Source: Candidatus Latescibacterota bacterium (GTDB lineage Bacteria > Latescibacterota > UBA2968 > UBA8231). From it: a stretch of 64,000 bases of DNA. The notes under the pieces are model-generated. The model made no database searches and was not told the origin of the DNA. It saw only the letters and a program-made list of their open reading frames with translations. The position numbers were made by a program, and so were the translations under genes. This document shows positions 19,763 through 28,495 of the stretch, piece after piece. Location of the stretch: positions 416,001-480,000 of the forward strand of contig CBDFJF010000002.1 in NCBI GenBank assembly GCA_965248265.1, read 5' to 3'. Numbering within the stretch: the stretch's first letter is position 1; the number at the start of each line of letters is the position of its first letter.

Positions 19763-20152
19763 TCAGCTTGTCATAAGCTTGTGGCTGCCTTTGGTCCGTA
19801 TCAACTCAAAATGCGTGTCACGGCAGTAGACCGGCGTGTCATACACAAGCGCCGCACTGGCTACAAAGATGTCGTCGCGGGGAACCGTGATACCGCTTCC
19901 TCGAAGCGTACGTTCCAGTTCCGCGGCACGTCGCCAGCAGATTGACGAGAACTCGAGCATCGTGCAAAAAGTCATGGCCGTGCGGATGTCAGCGGTTTCG
20001 GCAGGACGGGCACCGGTGAGCAGTTCGAACTCGATGGGGCCGCATACTGCTGCCTGTCCCGCATCCAGATAGGAGGCTACGCGTCCTTTGACGTCGGGGT
20101 TGCCTGCACGCCGGAGGAACTCGACCCAGGCCGAGGTATCAATCAGCGTCAT
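19763..20152 (-). CDS. vapC: PIN-domain toxin
   Basis: LIDTSAWVEF, ELLTGA, DDIFVAS and RDTHF acidic PIN residues. Confidence 0.9.
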   Translation of the reverse strand: MTLIDTSAWVEFLRRAGNPDVKGRVASYLDAGQAAVCGPIEFELLTGARPAETADIRTAMTFCTMLEFSSICWRRAAELERTLRGSGITVPRDDIFVASAALVYDTPVYCRDTHFELIRTKGSHKLMTS

Positions 20153-20354
20153 AGGTCCCGCGGGCCTCTAACTCGTCATTCGTCAGTTTGTAGTCGACGC
20201 TCCCCTCCATCACCTTGAGCAGGAACTGTTTGCGCTTTCGCTCGGCCACGAATTCGTCCAAGGCTTGCCGGATTGCCGGCGACTTCTTCCGCTGTCCCGT
20301 GGCCTGCTGAATCGCGTGCAGTTGAGATTCATCAATATCGACAGTTATGCGCAT
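20139..20354 (-). CDS. vapB: VapB-type antitoxin
   Basis: MRITVDIDE ribbon-helix-helix-like N-terminus; 71 aa; overlaps the toxin start. Confidence 0.85.
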   Translation of the reverse strand: MRITVDIDESQLHAIQQATGQRKKSPAIRQALDEFVAERKRKQFLLKVMEGSVDYKLTNDELEARGTYDAD

Positions 20355-20371
20355 CTTTTCATACTCCTATT

Positions 20372-20407
20372 TGATGCGAATATACATAGATGGCGCATCA
20401 TCAGCAA
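20372..20407 (-). promoter_or_regulatory. vapBC promoter with overlapping operator inverted repeat
   Basis: TTGCTG-17 bp-TATATT on the minus strand; TGATGCG-N15-CGCATCA inverted repeat spans the -10. Confidence 0.65.
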
Positions 20408-20557
20408 TATCCCAATATCTATTTGAGCCAGTACCTGCGGCGCCATGGACTGTTGCCGCGAGAGTAAACGATGACACACGGGGCAGCCATCAGCGCTGCG
20501 ATGCCACCGATTCCAAAGGCCGTGATCGCATCGTACTGCAGTGGATCACCATCACCC

Positions 20558-21238
20558 TCATGCGCCGGGTGCTATCTGAAATTGGTGTTCTGAGTCGGCG
20601 TGGAGGAGAATCGCTGCATTGACCCTTGAGGGGATGACATTGTCCCGGGTATCCGGGATGATTCCCTCCGCCCAATGCTTTTCCATGTGCGCGGCGCTCT
20701 TGCTGACGGGCTTAGCGGCTTCCTGTTCGAAGCGCCAGCGCCTGCGGTCTTCGTCCGCCGCCTCGATGAAGACCGGTAGGTCGACGACATCGAGCAAGCT
20801 GCCAAGTCCGGGATCGCTGCTGACGGCGTAGAGGCCTTCCAATACCACGACGCTGATGTCATCGAGGACGATCGTCCACGGGTAGAGAGCCTTTTCCGGT
20901 AACCGTCGGTACTGCATGGTCTCCAGCGGGCTGCGGTCACCGGCGACGATGTGATTGAGGACGCGGCGCAACTCACTGAAGCGCACGTGGTCTGGACCCC
21001 ATTCGCCGAGTCTATCGCGATCTCGAGGATCTTTGAAGAAGCCATCGACGCCGATGATGAGGACGCGATGGTCCGCATGCTCCAGCAACCCGCGGATTCC
21101 GTGAGCCAGCGTTGACTTACCGACGCCGGAAGGGCCGCCGATGCCGATGACGAAAGGACGGGAACCGGACCAACCTCGAACCGCGTCGAGTAGCTGATTC
21201 TCGAGTTCTGGGGGTATCTGCAGCTTGCTCTCGGTCAT
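20558..21238 (-). CDS. Uridine kinase/phosphoribulokinase-like P-loop kinase
   Basis: IGIGGPSGVGKST Walker A, VDGFFK and VLEGLY; ATG at 21238. Confidence 0.8.
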   Translation of the reverse strand: MTESKLQIPPELENQLLDAVRGWSGSRPFVIGIGGPSGVGKSTLAHGIRGLLEHADHRVLIIGVDGFFKDPRDRDRLGEWGPDHVRFSELRRVLNHIVAGDRSPLETMQYRRLPEKALYPWTIVLDDISVVVLEGLYAVSSDPGLGSLLDVVDLPVFIEAADEDRRRWRFEQEAAKPVSKSAAHMEKHWAEGIIPDTRDNVIPSRVNAAILLHADSEHQFQIAPGA

Positions 21239-21246
21239 GCAGCAAT

Positions 21247-21448
21247 TAGTGTCCCGTCTCAGAAATACGTCGACATTCTTCCGCCGATCCATCCCTGCTC
21301 GCGGCGTGGGACCGAACTCTTAGAGTTCGGCCTCGTCCCTGAGCGCCTTCGCTCGCCGTATCCCACTGATACGACTCGCTCAGGCGCCTTGCGAGCAGGG
21401 CGCCTCGGCGGCCGAATTTTGTCAACCTATTTCTGAGACGGGACACTA
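21247..21448. mobile_element. 198-bp non-autonomous MITE with TA duplication
   Basis: TA-GTGTCCCGTCTCAGAAATA...TATTTCTGAGACGGGACAC-TA terminal inverted repeats; no transposase; nested internal stems. Confidence 0.85.
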
Positions 21449-22882
21449 GACATTCAGCACGATCAGCTTCGGCTGCGTCATCTCCTCGATCGAGTACTTC
21501 ACACCCCCCATGCCGAGGCCGGAATGATGCCGGCCTCCGAAGGGCATCCAATCGACGCGAAACGCGGTCGAGTCGTTGATCATCACCGCACTGAAATCGA
21601 GAGCCCTCGCGGCCTGGAAGGCGACGTTGACATCCCTGGTGAAAACGGCTGACTGGAAGCCGTTGGGACCGTCGTTGGCAGCCACGAGCGCCTCCTCGAG
21701 TTCGTCGTATACGAACAGACAGACCACGGGACCGAAGACCTCGCGGTCGACGACATCCATTCCCGGTTCGGCGTTCAGCAACAGGGTTGGTTCATAGCAA
21801 CTGTTGTCGAGTGTGTGTCCTCCCGTGAGAACTTGAGCGCCTCCGGCCACGGCAGCATCGACCCAACTGCTAACCCGTTCGACTTCGCGTGGCCGTATCA
21901 GAGGGCCGACATCCGTATCGGCAGAGGTGGGGTCACCGACCGTCAGTCCTTCCACGGCAGGCTTGTACATGCTGATGAATTCTTCCGCGATCGAACGGTG
22001 AAGGTAGATCCGTTGCACCGACACGCAGACCTGTCCCGCGTGGTAGTAGCCGCCACTGAGACAGACCCGCACCGCCTGCTCCAGGTCGGCAGCGGCGTCG
22101 ATGATGGCCGGGGCGTTGCCGCCGTGCTCCAGGCCAACTCTGGTGCCGTCGGCGGCAACCCGGCGCAGGTGCCAGCCGACTTTGGCACTGCCGATGAAGC
22201 TCAAATAATTGATACGCGCATCGGAGGCCAGCTGCTCGGCCACCGGTGGCTCGCAGGGCAGGATGGTCAGGAACCCGTCCGGGAGTCCGGCTTTGGCCAG
22301 CATTTCTCCCATCTTGAGAGCCGATATGGGGGTATCACCCGATGGTTTCAGCAGCACGGTGTTTCCGGCCGCCAACGGCGGCGCCACCTGATGGGCAATG
22401 AGGTTTACCGGATGGTTGAATGCGGAAATCGAGCTGACCACGCCTACGGGTTCGCGCAGGGTCATCGTCAGTTTGTTCTCGTTGCCTGCGGTGCCCCCCA
22501 TAGCTTGTTGTTCGCCGTCGAGCTCGGTTGCCGCTGCTGCCGACAGCGTGACGGTGTTGATGGCCCGGGTTACCTCGATGCGAGCATCCTTGAGCGGTTT
22601 TCCGCCTTCCTGCGCGATCGTCAGCGACAACTCATCATGACGAGTCTTCATCCGAGCAGCGAGATCCTCCAGGATGGCGGCGCGACGATGGGGCGGCATG
22701 CTTGCCCGCTCGCGCGCGAAGGTATCTGCCGACAGCTGCATGGCTGCCTCCACGGCGTTGGCATCAGCTTGCTCAACGCGGGCGATCACCGCGCCACTGA
22801 ACGGAGAAACGACATCCTGGAATTGACCGCCGCCCGTGACGCCGGGCACCTTCAAGGGATAGCTGTCGACTGAGTCAGACAT
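21446..22882 (-). CDS. Aldehyde dehydrogenase
   Basis: AFNHP, LKPS, FIGSAKVG, LEHGGN, GQVCVS, EVFGPV and PFGG; ATG at 22882. Confidence 0.92.
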   Translation of the reverse strand: MSDSVDSYPLKVPGVTGGGQFQDVVSPFSGAVIARVEQADANAVEAAMQLSADTFARERASMPPHRRAAILEDLAARMKTRHDELSLTIAQEGGKPLKDARIEVTRAINTVTLSAAAATELDGEQQAMGGTAGNENKLTMTLREPVGVVSSISAFNHPVNLIAHQVAPPLAAGNTVLLKPSGDTPISALKMGEMLAKAGLPDGFLTILPCEPPVAEQLASDARINYLSFIGSAKVGWHLRRVAADGTRVGLEHGGNAPAIIDAAADLEQAVRVCLSGGYYHAGQVCVSVQRIYLHRSIAEEFISMYKPAVEGLTVGDPTSADTDVGPLIRPREVERVSSWVDAAVAGGAQVLTGGHTLDNSCYEPTLLLNAEPGMDVVDREVFGPVVCLFVYDELEEALVAANDGPNGFQSAVFTRDVNVAFQAARALDFSAVMINDSTAFRVDWMPFGGRHHSGLGMGGVKYSIEEMTQPKLIVLNV

Positions 22883-22910
22883 CAATACGATCCTGTGTTC
22901 GGGAGGGGCA

Positions 22911-24215
22911 CTACGAGCTGTCGGCCAGCAGTTGCTTGACGTCGTTGACGAGGGCATCCTCGAGCTTGGCTCTGATGCCATCGATATCCTCCTGGGACAT
23001 CGACAGGGCCTCCAGGACAGCCGGGCTGTAGGTGACTTCCGGTTCCGGTGGGTACCCGAATCCCACTTCTTTACTGATGTTGTTCGCTATGTGCAGGAGA
23101 CATTGTAGATCCGAAGGCGATTCCGTGATGGAATCATGCGTCTTGACCCAGTCCGTTATCTGCTGGCTCATTCCGGCCTTCAGTAACAGCAGCTGTCCGA
23201 TGCGCTCGTGATCGGCGACATCGCCTCGCTTCTTCTCCGCCTCCCGGAAGGAAATTCCATCCATGACGGTGTCGCCCATGGCATCGGAGAAATGATTCCA
23301 GAAAAAGATTCCGAGCACGAGCTTGCCGATGTCGTGCATGAGAGCGCCGATCCAGTAGTCGAGAAACTCTACCGGCTCGGACAATTGCAGAAGCTTTTGC
23401 TTGTAGAGACGGTCCGCGGCCAGCGCGCTGCCGACAGAGTGTCCCCAGAATCTTCGGAAGTCGAAGAGGCTGTTGCCCTCGGTGACGAAGCCACTGACAA
23501 GCTTGACCTGCATCGCCAGCGCGCCGACCTCTCTCAAGCCCAGGCGTACGATGGCATCCTTGACCGACAGTTGTTGTTTGGCGCCCGAGCCGGCAAAGAC
23601 CGGTGAATTGACCGCCTGCTGTATCTTGTGGAGAATCGCAGGATCGGCCTGCACCGCCTCCTCCAACTCTTCCATCTTGGCTTCGGGATTAGCCACCAGC
23701 CGTAGAATACGCGCCACGGAGCCGGGCATGGTGGGGAGGGCGTCGAGATCGGCCATGCGCTCCTCGACCCGCTGTTGGAGTTCCTCGTGGGATAAGTCCT
23801 CGGAAAACGGATTGTGGATCCCGTTCTCAGTCAGAATCGACTCGATCAACTCTCGCAGGAAAGACCCGCCCTTGCGGAACGACTCTTCCCACGTACACAC
23901 ATGGGCATTTTCGATCCTGTTGCATTTGGCTTCGTAGTCTTTCGCTACCGTCGAAGGCACCACGCAGAACAGGGGGAACTGTCCGTTCATGTTGAAACCG
24001 GATATCCCTATGTCGGGAGGCACCAACCCGTTCTGGATCAAGATCGTACACTTTACGTCCTGGCCGTGCTCTGCAATCGCGGAGATGACCCCCTTGAAAT
24101 CGGTGGCGTCAACGGTCTGGATGCCGTAGTTGAAGTTGAACAGCAGGCCTACGTAGGAGTGCAGGAGGATCTGCGGCCGGGTATCGCCGTGGGAGATTAC
24201 CGCATATTCAGGCAT
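22911..24215 (-). CDS. HDOD-domain signalling protein with an unknown N-terminal domain
   Basis: LPTMP, DPAILHKI..VNSP, AIVRLG, FWGHS, LMHDIGK and DHERIG. Confidence 0.85.
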   Translation of the reverse strand: MPEYAVISHGDTRPQILLHSYVGLLFNFNYGIQTVDATDFKGVISAIAEHGQDVKCTILIQNGLVPPDIGISGFNMNGQFPLFCVVPSTVAKDYEAKCNRIENAHVCTWEESFRKGGSFLRELIESILTENGIHNPFSEDLSHEELQQRVEERMADLDALPTMPGSVARILRLVANPEAKMEELEEAVQADPAILHKIQQAVNSPVFAGSGAKQQLSVKDAIVRLGLREVGALAMQVKLVSGFVTEGNSLFDFRRFWGHSVGSALAADRLYKQKLLQLSEPVEFLDYWIGALMHDIGKLVLGIFFWNHFSDAMGDTVMDGISFREAEKKRGDVADHERIGQLLLLKAGMSQQITDWVKTHDSITESPSDLQCLLHIANNISKEVGFGYPPEPEVTYSPAVLEALSMSQEDIDGIRAKLEDALVNDVKQLLADSS

Positions 24216-24351
24216 GGTGTCGACTCATCCTATTGTCAGCCATGGCTCCACCTCGAGTTCGCGGCCGCCGCGGATAGACAGGCCGGTTACCCAATATAGC
24301 CTTCCAGCGGCGAGAGGGAGAGCCCCCTGGTCGCGTTAGTAGTCTGACGGC

Positions 24352-25179
24352 TCAGCCGTAGGCTCCCTTCTCGTGGCGGCCGAGCATACGCTGCAACCTG
24401 GGCGCAGCGCCTTCCCACACATGTTCCGGCATGCGATAGTCGATGAAGGGGTAGAATTTCTGGGCTACGAAACGCTTGCTATAGGTCACGCCGGCCATCA
24501 GCCGGGTCCGGTCAGAGGCGTTGGGCGCCCCACGATGCCACATCTGGTTGTTGAACAGGTAGGCATGGGTTTGCCGCGTCAAAAACGAATGCGGTCCGTT
24601 GCCATCGAACGCGGGATGATCCTGCACTTCTGGGTGGCGGCCCGAGTAGTGACTGCGGGGTACAACCTGAGTGGGCCCGTACTTGAGTTCCTCGACATCG
24701 CTCAGCGGGATGAAAACCTGCACCACGAAGCAGGGCAGTGGGACGGCGGGTTCGTGACGAGGAATGTCGGACGGCAACGGAAAGTGGACGAGATCATCGA
24801 CGTGCCAACCACCGGGGCCGTCGGCCACCGTCTCCGAGTCCGACGGAGTCACCAGGGCGTTCTGTGACATGCAATGGCAATCTTCGCCGAGGATGGCCTC
24901 GGCTAGACTGGCGAACGGTTCGCGTACGATCAGATCCCGGAAAGCGGTCGAGTATTCGAACATGCGCATGAGGTTGGTATTGCGAATTTGATCGAGTTCG
25001 GGTTCTCGCATGCGAGGATCGTCCCACTTGCGTTGCAGATCCGCGCGCAGGGCCTCGACTTCGTCTGTGTCCATTACGGGGCCAAAATCGAAGTAGCCAG
25101 CTTGCCTAAACTGAGCCACAATCCGCGCTGTCTCGGTTTCCGTGAACGGCTCACCAGCACGAATGGCACTGCTTGCCAT
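24352..25179 (-). CDS. PhyH-family dioxygenase (paralog of 8207-8983)
   Basis: WHVD, GPTQVVPRSH, WHRGAPN and a shared YPF..Y.MPEHV...GAYG tail. Confidence 0.88.
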   Translation of the reverse strand: MASSAIRAGEPFTETETARIVAQFRQAGYFDFGPVMDTDEVEALRADLQRKWDDPRMREPELDQIRNTNLMRMFEYSTAFRDLIVREPFASLAEAILGEDCHCMSQNALVTPSDSETVADGPGGWHVDDLVHFPLPSDIPRHEPAVPLPCFVVQVFIPLSDVEELKYGPTQVVPRSHYSGRHPEVQDHPAFDGNGPHSFLTRQTHAYLFNNQMWHRGAPNASDRTRLMAGVTYSKRFVAQKFYPFIDYRMPEHVWEGAAPRLQRMLGRHEKGAYG

Positions 25180-25308
25180 GGCGAATTCCTTCCCTTACGG
25201 CATACGAAAGCCACACTGACGTCGATAGTCCATGGCTACCAGTATACACGCTCCTAGGGTGCAAGGGCGAGGGTGCCGGACCGAGGGTGGTGAGGTCGGG
25301 TAAGGGAT

Positions 25309-28300
25309 CTACGCCGGGGCGGCTCGTCGCGGCTCGAGTCGCGGCTTCGCGGAAGAGCGCGGCGCCAGTTCTGTCTGCAGCATTCTATTGTCAGCAGGTA
25401 CCAGATTCTGTAACTGCCAACCGACGGGCAGCCGCATTCGGCCCTGTTCCTTGCGCTCGAACACCAGGTAACCCTTGTCGAGGCCGTGGCGGAAGAGGTC
25501 GCGGGTGATCTCGACGTCATGGCGACAGTATCTTGCAATTAGATCCAATCGCCCCTCCTTGTACCAGCGCAACGCTTGTAAACCGTCCGCCGTTTTCTTG
25601 GTGTTCAGGGTTGCTTGAGCGAGACCGTCGAGGCTGACGCGGTGGTTGAGGTGGGAGTGGACGTCACGCATGATGTCGAGGGTGTTGAGCTCGAGGAAAT
25701 CGAAGCGGGTGTAGCCGCGCAGGACGCTGTAGTCGAAGCCGATGATGTTGAAGCCGACGATGAGTTCGGCGCGTTGGAGATGGGCGACGAGTTTGTCGAC
25801 CTGGCCTTCAAAGTAGGTGGTGAAGCCGTCGCGGCTGTCCCAGACGATGCCGCATGACATGCGCATGAGGTAGCTCTTGTTCCAGCCGCCAACCTCGGCA
25901 GCGCTCAACTGGGTCTCCAGATCAAACACGACGACATGGGGTTCTGTCGGCCTGCTGGCCGCTGGGGGGGTGTCCGCATGAGCGCTTTCCCAGTCGGCGA
26001 ACTCAGGCGGTTCCTCCTCGATGTCGCTGACATCCATGGATTCGGCGTCGATGGCACGGTGTCCGCACAGCAGCTCGAGCAGGTGGATGGCGCCGGCCTT
26101 GTCGAGGGGGACGTTGCCGTGGCCGCAGGTGGCGAAGTGGATGCAGGAGGGACAGCCGGTCTCGCAGTCGCAGGCCTGTATCATCCGCAGCGTCATCTCG
26201 AACAGCCGGTCGAGCATGTGGAAGCCCTTTTCGGCCAGTCCAATGCCACCAGGGTACATGTCGTAGACGAAGATGGCCCCCTTGCGCAGTTGTGGGTGTA
26301 GCGGGTAGCAGATGCCGCCCACGTCCGTTCCCTTGCTCAGCGCCAGCAGCGGAAACAACGACTTCACCGCGTGTTCGACGGCATGCAGAGATCCCATGTG
26401 TTTGAAGCCGTTGCGTTTGAGCTGCTTCTTGAAGGGCGCGTCCATCTCCAGCCAGAAACCGATGGTCTCGAAGGTTTGCACCGGGCTTTCGAGCGGGTGG
26501 CGACTGAGAATCTGCTGATCACCGACGCGGACTTTTTCGTAGGCGACGACCTGGGAGCTGACAAGCAGGCGGCCCAACTTGGCGAGGTAGCCATGCATGG
26601 GTTTGGACTGCAGCTCTTCGAGAACCTCCGTCTCCTTTTCCTGCTTGGGCCGGGTGTAGTAGGGGACATCGACGAGCTCGGCCTGGATCTGCCGTTTGAC
26701 CGGGTTGCGCTCTCCGATCAGGTACTGGCGTCCGCGGTGGAGGTAGATGGCCCCCGCATGACATTCGGTGTAGAGCTGGCCGCCGCTGACCGTGCCAATG
26801 ACGCGGCGACTACCCTCGGGGTAGATGCTCCAGGACTCGCCGATGGCCCGCATGTTGACGAGTCGATGCGGTTGTTTGCGCGCAGCGAACCAGGCGTCGC
26901 CGTCGGCACTCTGCAACAGGTCACCGGATGCGGTCAGTTCCGCCAGCGCGGCGTTGTAGCCATCAATACGGTACTCGGGTTCATCCAGCGTCAGTGGCAA
27001 TTCACTGGCGGCGCAGGTGAGGTGGGCCTTCATGATGTGGCGATTCGACGGGTCGGCGACGGCGTCTTCGATGTCCCGGCCGAAAAAGAGCGATGGGTGC
27101 TTCATGAAGAACTGGTCGAGGGCATCGCGGCTGGCAACCAGGATGATCAGGGATTCGCGCCCGGAACGGCCGACCCGGCCAGCACGCTGCCAGGTGTTGA
27201 CGATGGATCCGGGGTAGCCGACGAGGACACATACGTCTAATCCACCAATGTCGATCCCAAGTTCGAGTGCCGATGTGGAGACGACACCGTAAAGCTCACC
27301 CGAGTGCAGAGCAGCCTCGATCTGGCGGCGTTCCTCCGGTAGATAGCCAGCTCTGTAGGAACTGATACGGTCACGCAGCTCGCGACGATTCTGGGTGGCC
27401 CAGCGGTAGATGAGCTCGGTGGTGACACGAGCGCGGGTGAAGACGATGGTGCGGAACTGCTTGACCACGCTCATCTGCAACAGGCGCGCCGCCACAGTGT
27501 TGGGGCTCTCCGATGGATTGAGAAAGACGAAGTGACGGGCCGCCATCGGGGCGCCGTTGTCGGTAACGGCGTGGAAGGGGCGGTTGAGCAGGCGGCCGGC
27601 GAGCTCCTGCGGGTTGCCGATGGTGGCCGAGCAGGTGATGTAGGTCGGCTCACTGCCGCAGCTGGCGCAGACGCGATTGATACGCCGGAACAGGTGGAGG
27701 ACGTGGGAGCCGAAGATGCCGCTGTAGGTGTGCAGCTCGTCGATGACGACGAAGCTCAGATTCTTGAGGAAGGTTTCCCATTGTTCGTGAAACGCCAGAA
27801 TACCAGAATGCAGCATGTCTGGCGTGGTGATAAGGATGTTCGGGGGATTCTCCCGGATTTTTTGTCTGATGTGCGGTTTGGTATCGCCGTCGTAGATCTC
27901 GGCCCGAAGGCTGCCGCCCAGCCGTGTCAGCAGGCTTTGTAGCTCCTCCAGCTGATCCTGCTCCAGAGCCTTGAGCGGGAAGATGTAGAGGGCGCACCGA
28001 TGCGGGTCCTCGAGCAGTTTGGAGAGCACGGCCGTGTTGTAGATGAGGGTCTTGCCGGAAGCCGTCGGGGTCGAGACGACGACGTTATGACCCTCCATGA
28101 TCTTGCGTATACTCTCCTCCTGGTGGGTGTAGAGGGCCTCTACGCCGGCGGCCCGCAACACGCGCTGGGCATTGGCCCCAAGGTGCTGACAGTCGTGAAC
28201 GAGGCGCTCCTCGACTGCCGGAAGGAGTTCGTGATGGACGATGGCATCGCCGATCAGATCTCGCTTGAGAAACTCGAGGAAAGTGGCAACTGACGTTGGG

Positions 28301-28344
28301 TCGGGAGAAGACAGAAACTCCTCTGCCGAGAGCTTTCTGATCAC
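25309..28344 (-). CDS. DEAH-box helicase with DUF1998 Zn domain fused to an RNase H-like DEDD exonuclease (MrfA/YprA plus YprB-like)
   Basis: TPTASGKT, DELH, SAT, ALELGID, QRAGR, CDCETGCPSC; C-terminal VFDLETQ..GFN..FD..YCRHDV. Confidence 0.9.
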   Translation of the reverse strand: MIRKLSAEEFLSSPDPTSVATFLEFLKRDLIGDAIVHHELLPAVEERLVHDCQHLGANAQRVLRAAGVEALYTHQEESIRKIMEGHNVVVSTPTASGKTLIYNTAVLSKLLEDPHRCALYIFPLKALEQDQLEELQSLLTRLGGSLRAEIYDGDTKPHIRQKIRENPPNILITTPDMLHSGILAFHEQWETFLKNLSFVVIDELHTYSGIFGSHVLHLFRRINRVCASCGSEPTYITCSATIGNPQELAGRLLNRPFHAVTDNGAPMAARHFVFLNPSESPNTVAARLLQMSVVKQFRTIVFTRARVTTELIYRWATQNRRELRDRISSYRAGYLPEERRQIEAALHSGELYGVVSTSALELGIDIGGLDVCVLVGYPGSIVNTWQRAGRVGRSGRESLIILVASRDALDQFFMKHPSLFFGRDIEDAVADPSNRHIMKAHLTCAASELPLTLDEPEYRIDGYNAALAELTASGDLLQSADGDAWFAARKQPHRLVNMRAIGESWSIYPEGSRRVIGTVSGGQLYTECHAGAIYLHRGRQYLIGERNPVKRQIQAELVDVPYYTRPKQEKETEVLEELQSKPMHGYLAKLGRLLVSSQVVAYEKVRVGDQQILSRHPLESPVQTFETIGFWLEMDAPFKKQLKRNGFKHMGSLHAVEHAVKSLFPLLALSKGTDVGGICYPLHPQLRKGAIFVYDMYPGGIGLAEKGFHMLDRLFEMTLRMIQACDCETGCPSCIHFATCGHGNVPLDKAGAIHLLELLCGHRAIDAESMDVSDIEEEPPEFADWESAHADTPPAASRPTEPHVVVFDLETQLSAAEVGGWNKSYLMRMSCGIVWDSRDGFTTYFEGQVDKLVAHLQRAELIVGFNIIGFDYSVLRGYTRFDFLELNTLDIMRDVHSHLNHRVSLDGLAQATLNTKKTADGLQALRWYKEGRLDLIARYCRHDVEITRDLFRHGLDKGYLVFERKEQGRMRLPVGWQLQNLVPADNRMLQTELAPRSSAKPRLEPRRAAPA

Positions 28345-28403
28345 TGATGAGTGCTCCGGACTGCGAATGGACGGTGGTCTGGGTCAGGGAGGCGTACGTC
28401 GTG

Positions 28404-28456
28404 TGCACAAACGTATACTTGCACATAAGTATAGCAGTGTCTGGCGTGGGGAACAA
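28404..28456 (-). promoter_or_regulatory. sigma70 promoter of the helicase with two overlapping operator boxes
   Basis: TTGTTC-17 bp-TATACT with extended TG; TGCAC-N4-GTATA at 28404-28417 and 28420-28433. Confidence 0.65.
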
Positions 28457-28495
28457 GGAATTTCCGGAGCTGCAGGGGTGGTGCGGAGGTCGGTG

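Noticed and set aside
25309-28344. DUF1998 helicase as a DISARM or Druantia defence component
   Set aside because: No methylase, DrmA/C/D or Dru partners are nearby; the architecture and promoter fit DNA repair.
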